Part shown: in pieces, positions 58,853-64,000 of the stretch
Layout of the letters: each line of letters opens with the position of its first letter
How positions within the stretch are numbered: position 1 is the first letter of the stretch
NCBI GenBank assembly: GCA_963793865.1
Contig: CAWCBP010000001.1
Coordinates: forward strand, 390,816-454,815
Length of the DNA stretch: 64,000 nucleotides
Reading direction: 5' to 3'
Origin: an uncultured delta proteobacterium
Lineage (GTDB): Bacteria; Desulfobacterota; WTBG01
The notes under the pieces: model-generated
Database searches by the model: none
What the model was told of the DNA's origin: nothing
What the model saw: only the letters and a program-made list of their open reading frames with translations
Program-made: the position numbers and the translations under genes

Positions 58853-59845
58853 TCATTCCATGACTGACGGGTAGTGGCACATGAAGGGCCGGCAGGGGCG
58901 CCGGTAGGTGCTGTTATAGAGCGACCGCGCGTATTCCCTGAATTCCTTTCTGGCGGGCCGGCTGCCGGCGAGGCGGTCCAGCAGCGTTCTGAAGAAGGTC
59001 ACATCGGTTGTTTTCCGCGCAGTGGTATTTCCCCTCCCCACTATTTTAAGGCTGGTGATTTTCATCTCCTTCAATTCATAAAGTGCACAGGCAGCGCAGG
59101 GGTAGTCGTCAAGGTGCACCTTCTCCCACACGCGCTGGCGCGCAATAAGCTGCGATATGTCACCCGCGGCATCCTCGGTTGCATTCTCCCGAAGCGGAAT
59201 GGGCGAAATATCATAGGGGAGCATGCAGGCGTTCCGGAAAAAGGCCGGCGTCCCTTTGCCCGACAGCCCGTGCTGGAAGGTGCAGAATCCGTCGATGTTG
59301 ATGCAGCGGGAGTTGAAGACAAAAACGGTCGTCTCCAGTTCCGGGCTGTTCCGTACCAGGGTCTTCATTTCGGCAAGCGTGAGGTGGCGGGGAAGGGTGA
59401 TGCGGTTCGCCCCCAGTTCACCGTAAAACCTGGCAGCCCTCCAGTTAAAGACCGTTCCCCCGGTGCTGATATGAATCCCTGCGGTGCCGGAAAGCTCACG
59501 CAGCAGGTGCAGCAGGCCGTAATCGGCGATGATGAATGCGTCAACCCCGGCGTCGCGCGCCTGAGCGATGTAGTCTTTCACCAGGGGGAGCTGCTGCTTT
59601 GTGTAATAGTGCTCATTGATGGTAAAGAACACGGGAACATCATGCCGGTGGGCACGGGCCGCCGCTTCAGCCAGTTCCGCAAAATTTCTCATGTGCCCTT
59701 TTCCCGCCGGCCGGCGGTTGATGGAAATGACCGGGTAGGGGTCGTACCAGCTTTCCTCCAGCACGCCGCAGTAAAATTCCCCCGCCCCCGCTTCAATGAG
59801 GGGTTCAACTTCCGAGGGCGAATCAAGTGGGGAGAGTATTTTCAT
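58853..59845 (-). CDS. Peptidase U32 family protein (UbiV/RlhA-like, Cys-rich Fe-S-type C-terminal region)
   Basis: 330 aa from the ATG 59845 (MKILSPLDSPSEVEPLIEAGAGEFYCG is the typical U32 N-terminus). Later Cys residues lie in CINIDGFCTF...CAACALYEL. Confidence 0.65.
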   Translation of the reverse strand: MKILSPLDSPSEVEPLIEAGAGEFYCGVLEESWYDPYPVISINRRPAGKGHMRNFAELAEAAARAHRHDVPVFFTINEHYYTKQQLPLVKDYIAQARDAGVDAFIIADYGLLHLLRELSGTAGIHISTGGTVFNWRAARFYGELGANRITLPRHLTLAEMKTLVRNSPELETTVFVFNSRCINIDGFCTFQHGLSGKGTPAFFRNACMLPYDISPIPLRENATEDAAGDISQLIARQRVWEKVHLDDYPCAACALYELKEMKITSLKIVGRGNTTARKTTDVTFFRTLLDRLAGSRPARKEFREYARSLYNSTYRRPCRPFMCHYPSVME

Positions 59846-59857
59846 ATGCTTACAGGG

Positions 59858-59970
59858 TTGAGGGTTTAGGGTGCAGGGGACAGGGTTCAGGGTCGAAAGC
59901 TGCCGGTTTGCAGTTGCCGGGGTGCGGGTAGGGGCAGGCCCCTGTGCCTGCCCGTCTTGCATCCTTCACC
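59858..59970 (-). repeat. Inverted-orientation copy of composite repeat modules (CAGGGTTGAGGGTTTAGGGTGCAGGGGACAGGGTTCAGGGT; GGTAGGGGCAGGCCCCTGTGCCTGCCC), downstream of the minus-strand U32 gene 60041-60787
   Basis: It is the reverse complement of the CCCTGAACCCTG and GGGCAGGCACAGGGGCCTGCCCCTAC modules seen at 16201-16230, 12961-13010 and 34201-34255. Confidence 0.6.
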
Positions 59971-60040
59971 CTGACCCTTCTTCCCTCCTACATCGGTATT
60001 TCCGGTTCCACCACGATCCGGTCTATCTTCCCCTCCCGTA

Positions 60041-60787
60041 TCAGACGGTTGAGGGGATCTCCTCGTTGCTGAAGAAGATGGTGTTGCCCTTTCTCACCAG
60101 GGGAACGGTCATCACCGGGTTCCACAGCGAAAAGGCATACTGCCGGCATTCTTTTTTGCAGGGCAGGACGCCTATTTTCATCTCCCCGGGGTCATGGATG
60201 GAGGGCATGAAGCAGAACCTCGTGGTGGTTACATAGGCAAACGGCAGGTAGAGCGAGATGTGCAGGTCGTTGCTGATGCCATCCAGGTTCAACCCCTGAA
60301 GCAGATTGTCGAATTCCACCCGGGTAACCCCGTGATTTAGCAAAAATGACCCGACTTCAGGGATTGAGAGGTTCGGGGTCATAAAGTAATCCAGGGAGGT
60401 TTCGGGTATTTGGTCCCTGACGGGCACAATGCGGGGACCACGCTTAAGTTTGTTGAGCAGACGTCCCAACACGGGTTTCAGGAGGTAACCTTTTTCCCGC
60501 AGGAGGTGGAAAATACCCCAGTCATTGAAGACAATCTCGCTTTCAGGCTGCATGTCAGAAAGTGCGGAGAGGAGTTTCTCGACCTGATGCAGACCCTTGT
60601 CCGTAACGTACGGGGTGACAAGGGTGAAGTCCGCATTATGATCCCTGGCAAACCGGACTGCCTTTCTCAATTGGGCAGGCGAGGGCAGCAGGCGCTCACA
60701 GAATTCCATGCCGAAATAGAGGCGGGTAAACTCCGGGCTCCAGTATTTCAGGTTGGCGGTGCTGGAAATGAAAAGCGCTTGTTCCAT
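60041..60787 (-). CDS. Peptidase U32 family protein (second member of an adjacent pair, UbiU/UbiV-like arrangement)
   Basis: 248 aa from the ATG 60787 (MEQALFISSTANLKYWSPEFTRLYFGMEFCE). The longer ORF to 60943 adds a Cys-rich non-conserved leader. Confidence 0.55.
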   Translation of the reverse strand: MEQALFISSTANLKYWSPEFTRLYFGMEFCERLLPSPAQLRKAVRFARDHNADFTLVTPYVTDKGLHQVEKLLSALSDMQPESEIVFNDWGIFHLLREKGYLLKPVLGRLLNKLKRGPRIVPVRDQIPETSLDYFMTPNLSIPEVGSFLLNHGVTRVEFDNLLQGLNLDGISNDLHISLYLPFAYVTTTRFCFMPSIHDPGEMKIGVLPCKKECRQYAFSLWNPVMTVPLVRKGNTIFFSNEEIPSTV

Positions 60788-60993
60788 GGGACATACCTTA
60801 GCAAAGAAGGACGGGAAAAGCAAATACAGCAGCGGCTGAACGGCAGCACAATTCAGTTGACATACCATCTGAAAGTAACTAGAGGTACTGTAAGCAGCAA
60901 CGCACACACAAAGAAGCTTTCCGGGATGAGAGAAGATCCGCACGTTTTCTATTCACCTGCGTTTCGGACGACAACAACAAAGGAGGAGGATAT

Positions 60994-61509
60994 ATGCTGG
61001 AGCGAAGCGGCGCAGTAACCATGAAAGGCAGTCCGTTGACCTTGGTTGGCCCGGAGCTGAAGGTGGGTGATAAAGCCCCCGATTGTGTTGTTTTGAACAC
61101 AGACCTTGCCCCGGTGAGCCTTTCTGCATACCGCGGGAAAGTCTGCATCATTGCATCGGTACCCTCCCTGGACACGCCTGTCTGTGACATTGAGGCCCGG
61201 CAATTCAATCAGGAGGCGGCAAACATCGGACCGGATGTGACTATTCTGACCATCAGCATGGACCTTCCTTTTGCGCAGAAGCGCTGGTGTGGCGCCGCGG
61301 GCGTGGACAAACTTATTACCCTTTCAGATCATCGCGACGCCTCGTTCGGCGCAGCTTACGGCGTGCTGATTAAAGAGCTGCGCCTGCTGGCACGAAGCGT
61401 GATCATTGTCGACAAAGAGGGCGCCATCCGCTACTTCGAGCTGGTCAGGGAACTGGCCCAGGAGCCCGACTACGAGGCGGTGCTGAAGGCCCTCAAGTCC
61501 TGTCTGTAA
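60994..61509 (+). CDS. tpx: Thiol peroxidase (atypical 2-Cys peroxiredoxin)
   Basis: SVPSLDTPVCDIE peroxidatic Cys region. A strong AAGGAGGAGG Shine-Dalgarno lies before the ATG 60994. Confidence 0.85.
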   Translation: MLERSGAVTMKGSPLTLVGPELKVGDKAPDCVVLNTDLAPVSLSAYRGKVCIIASVPSLDTPVCDIEARQFNQEAANIGPDVTILTISMDLPFAQKRWCGAAGVDKLITLSDHRDASFGAAYGVLIKELRLLARSVIIVDKEGAIRYFELVRELAQEPDYEAVLKALKSCL

Positions 61510-61641
61510 GCAGGTCCCGGGAGGACGTTCGTGCGGGAATTGCATAGTACAAAGTTTACAGTTGACGGTTCGCGGTTCCCGGCATCCGGTTGCATCCTGT
61601 AAAAGTCCGTGCCATGAAACGAGATTGATTTCAGGGAAGAC

Positions 61642-62913
61642 ATGACCCTACTCAGAACGAACGTTGCGGGATGGCCTCAAAGAATAAACCTGGTCATCCT
61701 TTTTTTTAGCAGCAACCTGATCTGCTACATGGACCGGATCAACATCTCGGTGACCGCGCCCATGATCATGAAGGAGCTGGGCTGGGACGAGGCCGCCCTG
61801 GGCATCATCCTCTCGTCGTTCTTCGTCGGCTACACCCTGCTGCAGATACCCGGCGGCTGGCTTGCTGATCGGTTCGGGGGCAAGCTCGTCCTTAGCTGCG
61901 GTGTGCTCTGGTGGTCGCTTTTTACCCTGATCACCCCGCTGGCGCGATCGGTCACCGGCATGGCGGTTTTCAGAGCCCTCATGGGCCTGGGGGAAGGGGT
62001 CAATTTCCCCTCCGTCCAGAGCCTGACCGCGCGCTGGGTCCCCGCCGGGGAGCGATCGCGGGTGATGGGCTTCATCCTCTCCGGCGTTTCAGTGGGCAAC
62101 ATTATAGCATTTCCCCTGGCAACCTGGATCATGCTTACCCTGGGATGGCGCTGGGTGTTTTATGTCTTTTCTCTTTTCGGCTTCATCTGGTGCGCCTTCT
62201 GGCTTCGGCTGGCCTCCAACACGCCCGAGGAGCATCCAGCCATCCATCCTCAGGAGCTCGCGTATATCCAGGCAAACCGGCCCCCGGTCGGCGCCGCTGG
62301 GGGAGTGCCCTGGAAGGTGCTTCTGAGCAAGTCTCCCGTCTGGGCCCTGGTGATAAACCACTTCTGCGTGAGCTGGGGTTTTTTCATGTTTCTCACCTGG
62401 CTTCCCACCTACCTGGTTAAGGCCCACGGATTTTCAATCAAAGAGATGGGCGTCTATTCCATGCTTCCCTATATGGCCATGGTTGCCGGCAGCAACGGAA
62501 CCGGATGGCTGGCTGACTATTGCATCATGCGTACCGGATCCATCACGGCGGTTCGCAAGGCGGTTCACTCCATAAGCCTGCTCGGCGGCGCTTTTTTCCT
62601 GATTTTGCTGGCAACGGCCGAAACCAAAACCGCTGCCATCACCTTCATTACCCTGGCGCTGGGCATGCTCTCAATGACCGGCAGCTCCACCGGGCCCAAC
62701 GCCATGGATATCGCGCCCCGCTACGCCGGCACCATCATGGGCATGCAGACAACGGCGGGAAATATTGCTGGCGTTGTGGTCCCCCTGGTGGTCGGTGTAC
62801 TGGTATCACTGAGCGGCCGCTGGGACCTCATATTTTACCTGGCGGCGGGGGTTTTAATCCTGGGTGTTGTCATCTGGGATTTTTTTGCCACCGGCGACCA
62901 GATCATTGATTAA
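61642..62913 (+). CDS. MFS transporter (anion:cation symporter-like subfamily)
   Basis: 12 predicted TM segments. Motif A-like GWLADRFGGK. 423 aa. Confidence 0.8.
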   Translation: MTLLRTNVAGWPQRINLVILFFSSNLICYMDRINISVTAPMIMKELGWDEAALGIILSSFFVGYTLLQIPGGWLADRFGGKLVLSCGVLWWSLFTLITPLARSVTGMAVFRALMGLGEGVNFPSVQSLTARWVPAGERSRVMGFILSGVSVGNIIAFPLATWIMLTLGWRWVFYVFSLFGFIWCAFWLRLASNTPEEHPAIHPQELAYIQANRPPVGAAGGVPWKVLLSKSPVWALVINHFCVSWGFFMFLTWLPTYLVKAHGFSIKEMGVYSMLPYMAMVAGSNGTGWLADYCIMRTGSITAVRKAVHSISLLGGAFFLILLATAETKTAAITFITLALGMLSMTGSSTGPNAMDIAPRYAGTIMGMQTTAGNIAGVVVPLVVGVLVSLSGRWDLIFYLAAGVLILGVVIWDFFATGDQIID

Positions 62914-63019
62914 TGAATGTAAATATTTGGATTCCTGCTTCCGCGGGAATGACATAGTGTTGATATTTTTTTTATTGGGTGTAATCCCCGTGAGCGGTGA
63001 TCCATTAGTGTATTCAAAT

Positions 63020-63047
63020 GTAGGGGCGACCGGCCGGTCGCCCCTAC
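63020..63047. repeat. Second copy of the 28-nt perfect palindrome GTAGGGGCGACCGGCCGGTCGCCCCTAC
   Basis: Identical to 19465-19492. Confidence 0.8.
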
Positions 63048-63221
63048 GAATCAAACCATTGAATTATTTCAGTTGTGTCTTCGCAAGAATCCCTATTGAC
63101 AATTGTTATTTTTTAAGGTAGTTTCGCCGCTTGTGAATGCGTCCTGATTCATACGCGACGCGTGAAAAATCAGGTGTTTCGTTTCGGCAAAACAGTTCTT
63201 ACCAGTGGAGGAGAAACCGCA

Positions 63222-64000
63222 ATGCAGAAGAAATATTTGCTTTTCGCCCCGGGCCCGTCGCCCATCCCGCCCAATGTGCTTTTGGCCATGGCCGAGCCCA
63301 TCATCCACCACCGGGCGCCGGCTTATATTAAGGTGCTGGAAGAGGTCCGGGAGGGACTGAAGTATGTTTTTCAGACCAAAAATGAGGTGCTCATCTTTGC
63401 CGCCTCCGGCACGGGCGCCATGGAAGGCGCGGTGACCAATACCCTGTGTGCCGGCGACAAGGTGCTGGTGGTGCAGGGCGGAAAATTCGGCGAGCGGTGG
63501 GCGAACATCTGCAAGGCCTACGGCGTGCACGCGAAAATCATCCACGTGGAGTGGGGGAAAGCGGTTGATCCCGAGCTGATCAAAAAGGCGCTGGAGGTGG
63601 AGCCTTCCCTGCGGGCGGTCTTGATCCAGGCCAGCGAAACCTCGACCGGCGTCATGCATCCCGTCCGCGAAATCGCCGAGATTGTGAAGAAGCATGATAA
63701 CACCATCCTGATTGTCGATGCCATAACCGGCCTGGGCGTTTTTGATCTGCCCACGGACAAGTGGGGATTGGATGTACTGGTGGGCGGCTCTCAGAAGGCG
63801 ATGATGCTGCCGCCGGGACTTGCCTTCGCCGCGCTCACCGACAAGGCGTGGGGGTTTGTTGAAAAGGCAACCCTGCCCCGGTTTTATTTTGATTTCAAAC
63901 GGGAACTGAAAAACATAAAGGAAAACCAGAGTGCCTGGACGCCGGCGGTTACTCTGGTGGTGGGGCTGCGCGAGGTGCTGCGCATGATCAGGGAAGAGGG
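63222..64000 (+). CDS. Class V aminotransferase (serine-pyruvate/alanine-glyoxylate/serine-glyoxylate type); 3' end beyond the window
   Basis: Hand-translated MQKKYLLFAPGPSPIPPNVLLAMAEPIIHHRAP... The ORF is open to the window end. A GGAGGAG Shine-Dalgarno lies 8 nt upstream. The overlapping minus-strand ORF 63093-63695 is its antisense shadow. Confidence 0.75.
   Translation, partial: MQKKYLLFAPGPSPIPPNVLLAMAEPIIHHRAPAYIKVLEEVREGLKYVFQTKNEVLIFAASGTGAMEGAVTNTLCAGDKVLVVQGGKFGERWANICKAYGVHAKIIHVEWGKAVDPELIKKALEVEPSLRAVLIQASETSTGVMHPVREIAEIVKKHDNTILIVDAITGLGVFDLPTDKWGLDVLVGGSQKAMMLPPGLAFAALTDKAWGFVEKATLPRFYFDFKRELKNIKENQSAWTPAVTLVVGLREVLRMIREE

Noticed and set aside
62940-62975. Intrinsic terminator after the MFS gene (T8 run at 62964-62971)
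   Set aside because: No stable GC-rich hairpin immediately precedes the T-run. Only a weak ATTCC/GGAAT pairing is present.

Overview
This is a 64-kb chromosomal window from a GC-rich bacterium. I infer an anaerobe from the gene content (tungsten-type aldehyde:ferredoxin oxidoreductases, a four-subunit 2-oxoacid:ferredoxin oxidoreductase, kdpFABC controlled by a sigma-54-type response regulator, AsmA, a U32 pair), probably Desulfobacterota-like, but I cannot verify this. Reading left to right: (1) a polyprenol-phosphate-linked glycan-modification locus with three GT-C paralogs, an acyltransferase-3, a GT4, a SAM methyltransferase and a GtrB-like GT2; (2) housekeeping genes (nfo, two sulfatase-like exported proteins, AsmA, a PP-loop ATPase, yraN-rnhB-rplS-trmD-KH-rpsP-ffh, ald, mtaB, DUF1015, TrmN6-like); (3) an accessory-looking stretch with a PilZ protein, a 919-aa lipoprotein built from 12 beta-solenoid-type repeats plus HEAT repeats, a SagB-type dehydrogenase, a frameshifted PNPOx-family gene and a tandem TIGR04076 protein; (4) a kdpFABC operon with a stand-alone KdpD N-terminal/Usp protein, a PtsN-like EIIA, a separate PAS histidine kinase and a sigma-54-dependent response regulator; (5) a ferredoxin-linked redox cluster with a HemF-like protein, two AORs, two divergent ferredoxin-dependent bilin reductase (FDBR)-like paralogs, a FixC/FixX-like flavoprotein plus ferredoxin, and an OFOR delta-alpha-beta-gamma plus ACT operon; (6) two adjacent U32-family proteins, tpx, an MFS transporter and a partial class-V aminotransferase. 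Two cross-cutting observations stand out. First, intergenic regions carry an unusually rich set of modular, orientation-specific dispersed repeats: CACGAAG heptad arrays, paired GC hairpins, a 28-nt perfect palindrome, long imperfect hairpin elements, and a 125-nt element with a compensatory base change. These repeats spawn many spurious ORFs. Second, at least eight genes are split by frameshifts; most of the sites I could localise are short homopolymer runs, which points to consensus indel errors rather than genuine pseudogenes. No CRISPR array, tRNA or rRNA was found.
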